Under the pieces are notes generated by a model, which did no database searches, was not told the origin of the DNA, and was given only the letters and a program-made list of their open reading frames with translations. Position numbers and translations under genes: made by a program. Positions 30,139 to 40,032 of a DNA stretch of 64,000 bases are shown in pieces (positions within the stretch are counted from its first letter, which is position 1; every line of letters begins with the position of its first letter). This stretch comes from an uncultured virus (IMG/VR IMGVR_UViG_3300023231_000362). Taxonomy: Duplodnaviria; Heunggongvirae; Uroviricota; Caudoviricetes. The stretch is from IMG/VR virus record IMGVR_UViG_3300023231_000362. One strand, 5' to 3'.

Positions 30139-31506
30139 ATGATTTTTGCCGCATTTATATTAACTGTTGCACTTGCTATTAGCGGTATTGCCGCTTTTTA
30201 TAGCATTATCGGGCTTATAGCAATATTTGCCGCGGCTGCCGTACCTGTTATTGTTATGGGCGGAGCACTTGAAACTGGTAAGATTGTTGCTACAGTTTGG
30301 TTACACCAAAATTGGAAACGAATGCCGGTGGCATTCAAACTTTATCTAATACCTGCAATTGCTATATTGATGTTTGTTACCAGTATGGGTATCTTTGGTT
30401 TCTTATCCAAAGCACATATCGAACAGACTGCAATGAGCGATGAGCAACGTGCAGAAGTAACTCAGTTAGCAAGTAAAATAATCAGAAGTGAGGCTAAGAT
30501 TGCTAGATGGAACACAGAACTTGGCAGACTCAGTAAAGGTGAAGATCAGCGTGTAGATAATCTGGTAGACCGGAACCAAGACACACTTAACGAAGTACGG
30601 GGACAGATTACTCAGGAAAAAGCAAATGCTCGTACTGATGCAGAGAAACAAATAGCATTACAGCAAAAGCGTTTAGAGCAAGCCTTAGATCGTAAAGACG
30701 CAGACATCAAAGCGGCACAGGTCAGAAAGACAGCAGACATTGCGGCCGCACAGGCTAGATATCAAAACTCCTTTAATAAAAAAGGGCTAGACGACGCAAT
30801 AAAAGAAGCCCAGACAACTGAACTAGCAACAACAGAAACAGCAAAACGCAACGAACTAAGTGTTGCCAGCGCCGCCCAACGTGAAATTAAAAACATCAAC
30901 ACAACACTGAATACTCGTCTTAATACGATCGACCAAAAGTATGCTGATGGTTTAGCATCAACAAATGCTAGAATACAAAATTTGCGTAATGCCGCTACTA
31001 CTAAAACAGATGACATAGACGGCAAAATAGATGAATTTGAAAACCTAGTAGATTCTGAACAGTTGGAAATAGACAAACTTAATGAAGAAATTGCTGTCTA
31101 CGAAAAGGAATATCGTAAACTAGAAGCAGAAGTAGGTCCAATTAAGTATGTTGCCGCAGTAATTTACGGTGACAATCCTGATGTTAATATGTTGGAACGT
31201 GCTGTTCGTTGGGTAATTTTACTGCTGGTTGTGGTATTTGATCCATTGGCACTTACACTGATACTTGCCGCAACCAAACAATTCCAATGGGCTAGAGAGG
31301 AAAAACAGAGTCCCACACATGCACACAGAGAGTACACTAAAGAAGATGATGATCTTATGAATGAAATGTACCCTCCGAATATAGAACCTGAAGTAAAAAT
31401 TGAAAGGGTCTATGTTGAGGCAAACGTAGACACTTCCATGCCTGCAGATGTAGCAGATCTAGAGGGTAACGTTAATGATAAACTAAGGAAAAAGAATAAT
31501 GGCTAA
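30139..31506 (+). CDS. Membrane protein with a long coiled coil
   Basis: Three N-terminal TMs, GIFGFLSKAH, EVGPIKY, VVFDPLA; late promoter. Confidence 0.75.
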   Translation: MIFAAFILTVALAISGIAAFYSIIGLIAIFAAAAVPVIVMGGALETGKIVATVWLHQNWKRMPVAFKLYLIPAIAILMFVTSMGIFGFLSKAHIEQTAMSDEQRAEVTQLASKIIRSEAKIARWNTELGRLSKGEDQRVDNLVDRNQDTLNEVRGQITQEKANARTDAEKQIALQQKRLEQALDRKDADIKAAQVRKTADIAAAQARYQNSFNKKGLDDAIKEAQTTELATTETAKRNELSVASAAQREIKNINTTLNTRLNTIDQKYADGLASTNARIQNLRNAATTKTDDIDGKIDEFENLVDSEQLEIDKLNEEIAVYEKEYRKLEAEVGPIKYVAAVIYGDNPDVNMLERAVRWVILLLVVVFDPLALTLILAATKQFQWAREEKQSPTHAHREYTKEDDDLMNEMYPPNIEPEVKIERVYVEANVDTSMPADVADLEGNVNDKLRKKNNG

Positions 31507-31726
31507 GCCACAACAGGAAATTGATGGAATTTGGGCAAAGTATAAGAATACCCTGGCACAACTCAACGAGGTATTGGACGATAATGAAGCACTGAAAAAT
31601 GAACTCAACGAGGCTTTGGACGAGAATGAAGCACTGAAAAGTGAACTTGATCTTGACTTTACAATGCCAGCAGATATTGCAGAACTAGAAGCAAAAATCA
31701 ATTCACGTTTAGGAACAGATGCATAA
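31499..31726 (+). CDS. Coiled-coil hypothetical protein
   Basis: Heptad repeats; MPAD(I/V)A motif also in the tail of the upstream ORF. Confidence 0.6.
   Translation: MAKPQQEIDGIWAKYKNTLAQLNEVLDDNEALKNELNEALDENEALKSELDLDFTMPADIAELEAKINSRLGTDA
31560..31648 (+). repeat. 42-bp imperfect tandem duplication
   Basis: LNEVLDDNEALKNE followed by LNEALDENEALKSE. Confidence 0.8.
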
Positions 31727-32258
31727 GCATCAAGAAACAGTAGAGAGCATTTGGCGCAAATATCAAATAGCTCTACAGCGATTAGATAAGGCTTTAGACG
31801 AACTAGAGCGTAAGCCTAAAGAAGTCGTTGTTGAAAAGGTAGTAGAGGTGTTTGTAGAGATCGAAAAGTTTGTTGAGGTAGAAGTAGAAAAAATAAAAGA
31901 GGTTGTTAAACCTGAATACTTTAGACTAGTTAAAGAAGAACTAGGTCTACAAGCAGACAATAACGATGCTCGGTACGCTAGTAAAACAGGCTTTGGTATT
32001 AAATTTCCAGAGCACCCCAACAAAGGCGACATGTTTTTACGTGTCGACAGTAAACCAACTAAATTATTCAAATACAATGGTAATAAATGGATAGAAGTTG
32101 ACAAAGATAACACAGACATTTATACTTACGATGAAGAATATTTAAAGCACTTAATAGATCGTATTAACAAAGGCGATTATACACTAGAAGAACTAACTGT
32201 AACTGAACAAGAACAACTCAAACGTTATCTAAAAAAGGAGACAGTCCTTGGTAAGTGA
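31719..32258 (+). CDS. Hypothetical phage protein
   Basis: EVVVEK repeats; FG.KFP..P.KGDMFLRVD...KWIEVDK. Confidence 0.7.
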   Translation: MHKHQETVESIWRKYQIALQRLDKALDELERKPKEVVVEKVVEVFVEIEKFVEVEVEKIKEVVKPEYFRLVKEELGLQADNNDARYASKTGFGIKFPEHPNKGDMFLRVDSKPTKLFKYNGNKWIEVDKDNTDIYTYDEEYLKHLIDRINKGDYTLEELTVTEQEQLKRYLKKETVLGK

Positions 32259-32580
32259 AATTAATATTATATCGGCACCAGACAGACTGGACAGAGACAG
32301 TAAAAAGTTTTTGTTGTTTGATATAAACATGGACGAGCTCATGGGAGTTAAGGAAACCTTTACTAACTTCGATATGAATATTGATTTTTATATATACGGA
32401 AGTTATAGCGATGATGTAAAATGGCTAAGTAAAGTTGCTGAGATTGTGGACTACACTATAGTAAACAATACACAGTTAACAGAACATATAGATTTAAAAA
32501 CAGAGTTACTTAAGAGTAAAAAAGCAATCTCAACAGACAGCCAAACCGTTTTAGAACTAATTTTAGAAAGATGCCAATGA
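32248..32580 (+). CDS. Hypothetical protein
   Basis: ORF in the operon. Confidence 0.6.
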   Translation: MVSEINIISAPDRLDRDSKKFLLFDINMDELMGVKETFTNFDMNIDFYIYGSYSDDVKWLSKVAEIVDYTIVNNTQLTEHIDLKTELLKSKKAISTDSQTVLELILERCQ

Positions 32581-33800
32581 ACACCAAGGATAAGCCAGAA
32601 GTAGTATGTAATTTCTGCGGCAAAAATAAAAGTGAAGTAGAAACGTTAATAATAAGCAATGATGTTGGTATTTGTGATGAATGTACAGAATTATGTACTA
32701 ATATCTTAGCGAAAGAAAAACAAGATAAAATCATACCAGAATTAAAGATCGCTGAGACCCTAGACCCTGTGGGAATAAAGAAACATTTAGACGAACACAT
32801 TATTGGGCAGGATGAGGCAAAAACAGCTATTGCTGTAGCCGTGGTCAATCATTATAAAAGAGTGTTTAACAATACCAACATCAAGTTGGATAAGAGTAAT
32901 TTATTATTGTTTGGTCCTACGGGAACAGGCAAAACATTATTAGCTAAGACTATCGCAGAATACCTCAAGGTGCCATTTGTTATTACTGATGCAACTAGTT
33001 TAACCGAAGCTGGTTACGTGGGCGAAGATGTAGAGAACGTTATAGAGCGTTTATTAGCAGAAGCAGGATTCGATCCCAGGAAATGTGAACAGGGTATTGT
33101 GTTTATTGATGAGATAGATAAAATTGCACGTAAAGGCGAATCAAGTACTACTAGCAAGGACGTCTCAGGAGAGGGCGTTCAACAAGCACTTTTAAAGCTC
33201 GTTGAGGGCACCAAATGCAAAATATCAGTAAAAGCAAGCAAGAAAATGGTCGTTAGTGAGAGTGTAGACATAGACACAAGTAATATACTCTTTATCGCTG
33301 GTGGTGCATTTGTGGACTTAGAGAAAATTATCGAAAAACGTATCAATGCCACTGCTATTGGTTTTGGCAGCAAACTTAAAAGTAAAGGAACAGATAGAAG
33401 TCAGATTATACACGAGGACTTTGTTAAGTTTGGTATGATACCAGAATTTACGGGCAGATTTCCTGTTATAGTGCATACAAATGACTTGACACTAGACGAC
33501 TATGTTGCTATACTTAAAGAGCCTAAACACAATTTATTAGCACAAATGAAATTTTACTTTGGTGTTGATAACATTAAATTAAACTTTGATAGTGGTTCAT
33601 TAAGAGCCATTGCCGAAGAAGCAGTAAAATTAAAAGTAGGTGCTCGAGGACTTAAGGCTGTGTTAGAACGAATATTACAGCCTTATATGTTTGACATGGC
33701 CGAAATTAAAAAGAATCACATTAAGAGTATTACTATTACCGAAAAAGTTATTAAGGACAACAAAAAAGCAAACTTTAAATATGAAATACCAAAAAAATAA
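32571..33800 (+). CDS. clpX: ATP-dependent Clp protease ATPase subunit
   Basis: C4 zinc domain, GPTGTGKT, GYVG, DEIDK, IGF loop, GARGL. Confidence 0.95.
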   Translation: MPMNTKDKPEVVCNFCGKNKSEVETLIISNDVGICDECTELCTNILAKEKQDKIIPELKIAETLDPVGIKKHLDEHIIGQDEAKTAIAVAVVNHYKRVFNNTNIKLDKSNLLLFGPTGTGKTLLAKTIAEYLKVPFVITDATSLTEAGYVGEDVENVIERLLAEAGFDPRKCEQGIVFIDEIDKIARKGESSTTSKDVSGEGVQQALLKLVEGTKCKISVKASKKMVVSESVDIDTSNILFIAGGAFVDLEKIIEKRINATAIGFGSKLKSKGTDRSQIIHEDFVKFGMIPEFTGRFPVIVHTNDLTLDDYVAILKEPKHNLLAQMKFYFGVDNIKLNFDSGSLRAIAEEAVKLKVGARGLKAVLERILQPYMFDMAEIKKNHIKSITITEKVIKDNKKANFKYEIPKK

Positions 33801-34032
33801 TCAATTTGATGCACACCTATCAGGCACATCAGTGTTCGTTAAAGATGGTAATGTGGAAACAGCATTACGCAAACTAAAGAAAAAAGTGCAAGAAAGCGGA
33901 AAATTACAACAGGTGCAGGATAAAACTGAGTATATTAAACCAACAACTCTCCGCAAACGAAAAGCCGCCCAAGCACGTAAACGTTGGCTTAAACAACTTG
34001 CTTTGGAAAAATTACCCGAAAAGAAATATTGA
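33781..34032 (+). CDS. rpsU: Ribosomal protein bS21
   Basis: V.VKDGNVETALRKLKKK...YIKPTT.RKR. Confidence 0.85.
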   Translation: MKYQKNNQFDAHLSGTSVFVKDGNVETALRKLKKKVQESGKLQQVQDKTEYIKPTTLRKRKAAQARKRWLKQLALEKLPEKKY

Positions 34033-34059
34033 CTTATACAGAAAGACCCTGTATAAATA
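34029..34059 (+). promoter_or_regulatory. Composite sigma70 and late promoter
   Basis: TTGACT-17 bp-TATAAATA. Confidence 0.65.
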
Positions 34060-34095
34060 AATGTGTACAAAGGATGAACCGGAGTACATTTACCG

Positions 34096-34150
34096 GCACG
34101 CCGAAAGGGTGCTACAATTAATCTTGCTTAATATTAAGGAGAAAACAATG
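34096..34150 (+). promoter_or_regulatory. ROSE-like RNA thermometer leader
   Basis: GAAA-loop hairpin, then TCTTGCTTAA/TTAAGGAGA hairpin sequestering the SD with a bulged G. Confidence 0.6.
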
Positions 34151-34600
34151 ACAAGACTAACAACTCTAGACCTACCACACTTCCACAGAGCCACTATTGG
34201 CTTTGATAGACTGTTTAACGAAATGGAAAGACAATTTGCAAATAGTCCAAATGGAAATGGTTACCCCCCATACAACATAGCACAAATTAACGAAGATGAG
34301 TATATGATTTCGTTAGCAGTTGCTGGCTTTGGTATGGAGAATCTTGAGGTTACTACAGATGGTGATCAACTAAAGATTGAAGGAACTGCTCCTAAAGGAG
34401 ACGAAGATGTCAACTACCTACACAAAGGTATTGGCGGCCGCAACTTCCGCAGAGAGTTCACACTCGCTGACCATGTTAAGGTAGCAAACGCTACACTTGA
34501 GTTGGGTATGTTGAATGTGCATTTAGTGCGTGAAGTACCAGACGCATTAAAACCTAAAACAATCAAGATCACTGATTCAACAGTAACCGACAGCAAATAA
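34148..34600 (+). CDS. Small heat-shock protein (Hsp20/IbpA-like)
   Basis: IGFDRLF, YPPYNI, AVAGF, YLHKGI, GML. Confidence 0.95.
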   Translation: MTRLTTLDLPHFHRATIGFDRLFNEMERQFANSPNGNGYPPYNIAQINEDEYMISLAVAGFGMENLEVTTDGDQLKIEGTAPKGDEDVNYLHKGIGGRNFRREFTLADHVKVANATLELGMLNVHLVREVPDALKPKTIKITDSTVTDSK

Positions 34601-34607
34601 ACAGTCT

Positions 34608-34630
34608 AGGGGGAGTGAAATATCTCCCCC
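34608..34630 (+). terminator. Hairpin after the sHsp gene
   Basis: gggggag...ctccccc; lacks a U-tract. Confidence 0.45.
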
Positions 34631-34645
34631 ACATATAGAAAGACA

Positions 34646-34954
34646 GTGATGCCAGACATAAAAGAAGTAGATTCAAAACCAGCAGTAAATGAGAAGGTTA
34701 AAGAACCGTCAATGTTTAATGTTATCTATCTAAATGATAACGAAACCACTGTAGAATTTGTAATTACCACTTTAATCTCAATATTTTCTTACGACCCAAC
34801 TGATGCTACCGATATAACACAAAAAATACACGAGTATGGCAGTGCAATTGTAGCAACTTATCCATACGAAATTGCAGAACAAAAAGGCGTGGAAGTAACA
34901 CTACTTGCACGTAATCATAATTTTCCGTTACAAGTAAAACTAGAAGCAGATTAA
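34646..34954 (+). CDS. clpS: Clp protease adaptor
   Basis: EPSMFNVIYLNDNETTVEFV...IHEYG...EIAEQK...FPL. Confidence 0.92.
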   Translation: MMPDIKEVDSKPAVNEKVKEPSMFNVIYLNDNETTVEFVITTLISIFSYDPTDATDITQKIHEYGSAIVATYPYEIAEQKGVEVTLLARNHNFPLQVKLEAD

Positions 34955-34955
34955 T

Positions 34956-35483
34956 ATGGATGTAATGATAGATATCGAAACTCTGGCAACTCAGCCCGAC
35001 GCAGTTATACTCACAATAGGTGCGTTGAAGTTTGATCCCAAATCAAACGCTGAAGGTAACACCATTTACCATAGGCTAGATGTAGATTCTCAAATTAAAA
35101 TGGGACGTCGTGTCGACGAAGACACTTGTGCTTGGTGGGGCAAACAAACACTGGCAGTTAGAGAAGAAGCTTTGGGAACGAGTAACAGAGATCCACTCGA
35201 TGTGGTATTTGACAGCATATCAAGATTTATGGTTGGCGTAGATAATATATGGGCACAAGGCCCGGTATTTGATATTGCATTAATGGAGAACCTATTGCGT
35301 CAAGTTAAAAGACCTTGTCCATGGCACTACTGGCAAATTAGAGATTCTAGAACATTATTCAAATTACTCAACGAAGATCCAAGACCCAAAAATTTTGAAG
35401 GTGCGCATAATGCACTAACTGACTGTTACTATCAGGCCAAGGCAGTTCAAAAAGTTTTTAGACAACTAGGCCTTAATCGTTAA
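34956..35483 (+). CDS. DEDDh 3'-5' exonuclease
   Basis: DIET, FD, RD.RT, HNALTD. Confidence 0.88.
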   Translation: MDVMIDIETLATQPDAVILTIGALKFDPKSNAEGNTIYHRLDVDSQIKMGRRVDEDTCAWWGKQTLAVREEALGTSNRDPLDVVFDSISRFMVGVDNIWAQGPVFDIALMENLLRQVKRPCPWHYWQIRDSRTLFKLLNEDPRPKNFEGAHNALTDCYYQAKAVQKVFRQLGLNR

Positions 35484-35511
35484 ATATTGTATTAATATAT
35501 AGGAAAAAACA

Positions 35512-36105
35512 ATGACTAAGTCGCAAAAGAAAGTTGGATTTGCACTGTTAATCGCATTTTTTATATCAGCGTTAATGTTTATTGGCTGGTTAATTACTAC
35601 GTCAGTGTTGGCACAAGAGTACACAGAAGATAACCCTCTTCAATTAGAAGATGGGACGGAACTAACAGGTGACATATTAGATATTACCCCACACCCTACC
35701 AGTAGATACGGCCAACTGGAGAACGACACCAAAGGCTGGCGACAAGTGGGTCATGTAGATAATAGACGATTGTATCTTAACATAGATAAAATTGAGAAAG
35801 TCACAATATATAGACACGTTTGGGTAATGTTTGAATTTACAGATGGTCCAAAAGTAATACCAGGATACGCCGTGGGTGTTATCAAAGTAGTTAGTGAAGC
35901 AACTATTGAGTGCTCAAGTGGGCTAGTGCAACCTTTGCGAGATTATTATGTTGACAAAGACTGGGTTATCAGAACACAAACAATTTATGAAACTGGACAA
36001 GCAAGGAGTTTTGCTAAAGCCAAAGGCAGTATTGCATGGGCAATGAAAGCGGTGGCATGTCATGGTGCTTCAATAGAAGATGTACAGATAGGAAAAGGCG
36101 CATGA
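35512..36105 (+). CDS. Membrane-anchored or exported protein
   Basis: N-terminal TM; Cys pair. Confidence 0.65.
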   Translation: MTKSQKKVGFALLIAFFISALMFIGWLITTSVLAQEYTEDNPLQLEDGTELTGDILDITPHPTSRYGQLENDTKGWRQVGHVDNRRLYLNIDKIEKVTIYRHVWVMFEFTDGPKVIPGYAVGVIKVVSEATIECSSGLVQPLRDYYVDKDWVIRTQTIYETGQARSFAKAKGSIAWAMKAVACHGASIEDVQIGKGA

Positions 36106-36437
36106 ATGTAGTTTTTACTAAGGAATCGGCAGACAAGTTAGCGGAAACTTACACAGTATTACCGTTACCCCCAATCACACAAACAGAGGGAGAAAAAACT
36201 GTCACAGTGGAACCTCACGTTATTATAGACATGGATAAAGTACCATTGCAAGAAATATCAAGTCTAGAAGAATGGTGTGGTCTACACAGAGAGGTGGTTA
36301 AGAACCATATTAAACAGGATTATAGTTTTTGTGAACAAGCCATAAGTCATCTGATGGGGAAATTTAAAGGCGAACTAGACAGTTATTATAAACACATACT
36401 AACAGAGGCGGGGAATTCATCTGATGATGTATATTGA
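36102..36437 (+). CDS. Stand-alone homolog of the cyclase C-terminal region
   Basis: FKGELDSYY versus FSGELEQYY in 46045..48075. Confidence 0.55.
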   Translation: MNVVFTKESADKLAETYTVLPLPPITQTEGEKTVTVEPHVIIDMDKVPLQEISSLEEWCGLHREVVKNHIKQDYSFCEQAISHLMGKFKGELDSYYKHILTEAGNSSDDVY

Positions 36438-36963
36438 GCAATTAGATATCCCCAGTATACCTAAGGAAGTAATATCAGAACTGTTACAAACAAATCCAGA
36501 TACCGGTATATACTCTTATAAGTTTGATCCAGAGTTCAGTAATGTGGCAACGTTTAAAATTTACAACGTGGATTTGTCTCGTCTTAAAACAACGTGGTTT
36601 AAAGATAATGGACAGGACAAGTTTAACTGGATAATACAGATACTGGAAAAAGGTTCCTATCTTGTGCCTCACAGAGACGACCATAGAGACTTTACTATAT
36701 CGTATATTATTGATCCTGGTGGGGATAATGTTAGTACTTGTTTTTATAAAAAATTGTTAGATAAACAATATCTACCAATTAAAGCAGTACCCAGAGACGA
36801 GATAGAACTAGTGTATTCTAAAGTATTAAAGCGTGATAAATGGTATAAGTTATCAGTACAGGAGATACACAGTGTTGAAAACTTAGAGTCTATTAGAGTA
36901 TGTTTAATAAGGCAATTACCTGAAGAACCTATATTCTATGGAAATGTGCCTATTTCAAAATAG
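36424..36963 (+). CDS. 2OG-Fe(II) oxygenase-like protein
   Basis: PHRD...IHSV...R. Confidence 0.65.
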   Translation: MMYIEQLDIPSIPKEVISELLQTNPDTGIYSYKFDPEFSNVATFKIYNVDLSRLKTTWFKDNGQDKFNWIIQILEKGSYLVPHRDDHRDFTISYIIDPGGDNVSTCFYKKLLDKQYLPIKAVPRDEIELVYSKVLKRDKWYKLSVQEIHSVENLESIRVCLIRQLPEEPIFYGNVPISK

Positions 36964-37003
36964 GCATAAATACATTGAATAACTAATTTAAGGATTGACC
37001 GAC

Positions 37004-37627
37004 ATGGCAAAGCAAGTATTAAGTTTAGGGGAAGGTGTTACGGTTCGTAATGTAGATTACGATTTCGAAAGTCAGACTACAAGTCAGGAAGGTGCAAACG
37101 GACATACCTACTTGGCCTTAGGGGCTGGCCCCACCGATGGGATGACCAAGACAATTACAGATAATGCTGTTGTTAGTAATGCGTTATCATATGAATTCTT
37201 GCAATTGATATATGGCGTAGGATTAAGTGTTGACTCTATAGAAATATATAAGATTCCTCAAAACTACGATGGATATCCACAAAATTCAACAACTGCTGGT
37301 GAAATGTGTGTTATTGTAGAACAATGGGGCGGGGATGCCCTGGTCACAGGATCTTATGATGTAACTGGTAAGACTGCTACTGAGCAGGGCGGCGCCTGCA
37401 ATGTTTATGTTAACGATGGCGCAGGCACAGAAGAAGCAAACTGGAAATACTGTAGTGAACTTACAGCAATAGACTCAGTAACTGATAGCACACCTACCAT
37501 AATGCAATTTAATCTGCCTACTAACAGCACAAATGGCGCTGGTGCAGTAGGCTGGGCAGTATGTGTGTTCCTAATAGGGGCGACTACACTGGCAGAACAT
37601 CAAACAGCATTAGCTGATTACATTTAA
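37004..37627 (+). CDS. Hypothetical late protein
   Basis: TAAATA, SD and own terminator. Confidence 0.65.
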   Translation: MAKQVLSLGEGVTVRNVDYDFESQTTSQEGANGHTYLALGAGPTDGMTKTITDNAVVSNALSYEFLQLIYGVGLSVDSIEIYKIPQNYDGYPQNSTTAGEMCVIVEQWGGDALVTGSYDVTGKTATEQGGACNVYVNDGAGTEEANWKYCSELTAIDSVTDSTPTIMQFNLPTNSTNGAGAVGWAVCVFLIGATTLAEHQTALADYI

Positions 37628-37639
37628 CCGTTGTTAACA

Positions 37640-37671
37640 AAATAAAAAGGCACGTGATGTGTCTTTTTATT
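37640..37671. terminator. Intrinsic terminator
   Basis: aataaaaaggcac-gtgat-gtgtctttttatt. Confidence 0.75.
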
Positions 37672-37678
37672 CTTTGCG

Positions 37679-38335
37679 ATGAGATATACCAGATATAAAT
37701 TTCCATACCTTGACAATATAATCGATCCTGATGTTGACTTAGACAGTTTACACATTGTTTGGTCTGAGAAATATAAATCTAGGTTTGTGGTTGATTCAAA
37801 AAACCGTGCAAACCTGCCAGCCGAATACGCCTATAAAATACTTAGTGCAGACTTTTTGTCTTTTATACATAATGAGTTACCTTGGCAAATAAGTCATTTA
37901 GAGATATATCCCTTACCACCCAACACAAATTGTGTTATTGTACAAGAGGTCGTCGAAGAAAACAGAAATAATATAGGGTTGTATATGACAACAGGTGGCG
38001 TGTCATGGAATATACATGACATAACTGGTTTTAGACGTCGACAGGTTAGTAGGCCAGACTATACAACAGAAGCATGGCCCACATTTTGTGCCTTTTCTAA
38101 ACCAGTAACAGATGCTGAGCCATCTGACAAGTGGCTTGATAGTAGCGAAATGCCAATTTTAGAGACATATAAAAATTGTGGTTTTATAGGGAACGGTTCT
38201 GTTCCGCATTCGTTGCGCTCAGACAACTCAGAAAAATCTGTATTTTTTATAATATCGTTTGAGATTGCTTTTGATAATAATATACCATTGCTGTATAAAC
38301 AACTTGGTGATGTATTTAAAAAGTGGGCTATTTAA
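37679..38335 (+). CDS. Hypothetical protein
   Basis: 218-aa ORF. Confidence 0.65.
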   Translation: MRYTRYKFPYLDNIIDPDVDLDSLHIVWSEKYKSRFVVDSKNRANLPAEYAYKILSADFLSFIHNELPWQISHLEIYPLPPNTNCVIVQEVVEENRNNIGLYMTTGGVSWNIHDITGFRRRQVSRPDYTTEAWPTFCAFSKPVTDAEPSDKWLDSSEMPILETYKNCGFIGNGSVPHSLRSDNSEKSVFFIISFEIAFDNNIPLLYKQLGDVFKKWAI

Positions 38336-39521
38336 ATTTCCATCTTTCTCTAAACTGTTTCCCTGCATTACCTGGTAATGTGTTAACACTCCCCAGTTCA
38401 CCATCTATTACTTTTAAGTCAGGGTGTCTTGCATAATGCTGTTGCTTATTCTGTAACAGATTATCCGCTATTTCAAAGTTATCCAATAGCTCTTGCCAAC
38501 ATATATCAAATAATGTATTATAAAAGTGATTAAAGTTATAATCTAAAATAGGCAACATTTCTAGATACATCCTACGTTTGTCTGTTGCTGACAAGTTACA
38601 TATACTTTTTATCTGTTTAATTACCATATCTAATCTAATAGCGGGATCTGTTTCTGTATCGTAACTCTCATCAATAAATCCGTCAAATGTCTTAAAACCA
38701 TATGAACGTAAGTACTCTAAGTTGCCTGTACAGCCTAATAGCATAAACGGTTGTCTAGCAACGATAGGTTTAAATATTTTTTCGGTAAGATGATTTGTTT
38801 TTTCGTAAAAGCAGGTCTCACTGACTATATGCCAAAAACCACTTGTCCAGAGATCGTACTCTAGTTCAGCACTTGCATTGTCACGTAGGTAATTGGTCTT
38901 TTGTATCCTAAAAGTGGGACTACGCTCTGACATCTTTTTAATAAGTTTTTTATCTTGCTCTGAAATAAATGTGTTATTGTCATAGTCCTTAAGATTGTAT
39001 GAAACAACACCTTCCCCTAACAGCCCTTGATCATACAGTTTTGCCACAAACAACGATCTATAAATTCTTGATTCAGAGCACAGGTTATTTAAACTTATAT
39101 AACTTGCTCCTTGACTGACATCGACCCTGGGGGAAAATTTTGCACTTCTAAACCAGTCAAGACTAGCAAATGCATGATAAAAATAATACCATTTAATTAA
39201 GTTATTCTTGTTACAAAATGCATCTAACAAGGGATTATTAACCTCGCTAGTTGCCCATATATTATACTTTAAATCCCACCTGCCATCTTGTAGTTTACGC
39301 ACGACGTCATACATACTTTGCGGTATCTGCGTACTAATCCCAAAAGGTTCTTGGTCATAAAAATACACATCTTCAAGTTGAAACAGTGAAGAATCTGGAT
39401 ACTTTAGCATGTCGTTATTTGATTCACACGTATCAAAGCTCTTTAAAGCATGCCCTTGTAAATGCTTATTTGATAACAAGTTGGCGTATAGGATGTCATA
39501 ATGGTGGTCAATATTAAACAT
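38328..39521 (-). CDS. Glycosyltransferase-like protein (GT10-like C-terminal motif)
   Basis: IVSET...LTEKIFKPI...GFKTF...IDESYD; paralog of 44916..46037. Confidence 0.55.
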   Translation of the reverse strand: MFNIDHHYDILYANLLSNKHLQGHALKSFDTCESNNDMLKYPDSSLFQLEDVYFYDQEPFGISTQIPQSMYDVVRKLQDGRWDLKYNIWATSEVNNPLLDAFCNKNNLIKWYYFYHAFASLDWFRSAKFSPRVDVSQGASYISLNNLCSESRIYRSLFVAKLYDQGLLGEGVVSYNLKDYDNNTFISEQDKKLIKKMSERSPTFRIQKTNYLRDNASAELEYDLWTSGFWHIVSETCFYEKTNHLTEKIFKPIVARQPFMLLGCTGNLEYLRSYGFKTFDGFIDESYDTETDPAIRLDMVIKQIKSICNLSATDKRRMYLEMLPILDYNFNHFYNTLFDICWQELLDNFEIADNLLQNKQQHYARHPDLKVIDGELGSVNTLPGNAGKQFRERWKFK

Positions 39522-39581
39522 ACAAGTGTTTGGGGCCTATTAAGTAGTAAATACAAATAAGTAGTATATTTGAGGATAAAA

Positions 39582-40031
39582 GTGAAGTACCTATTAATGT
39601 TTTTATTTATGGCCTCAGTGGCATCTGCAGACAATTTAACGTTTAATTATAAGAGCCCTGCGTTTACAGGAAACGGGTATAGTGCGCATGTGCTAACTAT
39701 TGAACAGTTAGAGTCTAATAGAAGAACTGAAAACGATAAAAAAGCAAAGGCTTCGTCTGATGAATCAGAGCGAGATTTGCGAGCCACAAATACCTGGAAG
39801 TTTCAGAATAACCTGGAATCTAGGATCTACAGTCAGCTCAGTAAGCAAATTAGTGATAGCCTTTTTGGTGAGGCGGCGGCGGCAGCTGATGCTGAAGGAA
39901 TAGTAACAACACCGTTTGGTGACACAGTAGCATGGTCTCGTATTGATGGTGTTATATCTGTAACAGTGTCTGACAGTAATGGGTCGATATTATCCACATT
40001 TTCTGTACCTGTAGGAGACTTTTCTTTCTAA
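39582..40031 (+). CDS. csgF: CsgF-like curli assembly protein
   Basis: Signal peptide; L.FNYKSPAF.GNG; LESRIYSQLSKQ; adjacent to CsgG. Confidence 0.75.
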   Translation: MKYLLMFLFMASVASADNLTFNYKSPAFTGNGYSAHVLTIEQLESNRRTENDKKAKASSDESERDLRATNTWKFQNNLESRIYSQLSKQISDSLFGEAAAAADAEGIVTTPFGDTVAWSRIDGVISVTVSDSNGSILSTFSVPVGDFSF

Positions 40032-40032
40032 T

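Noticed and set aside
33691..34147. Longer starts for bS21 (33691) and sHsp (34061)
   Set aside because: Family homology begins near 33781 and at 34148; the SD supports 34148
32571..34954. Bacterial contamination or host chromosome
   Set aside because: The host-like genes are embedded among phage genes with the same composition, overlaps and phage-type promoters
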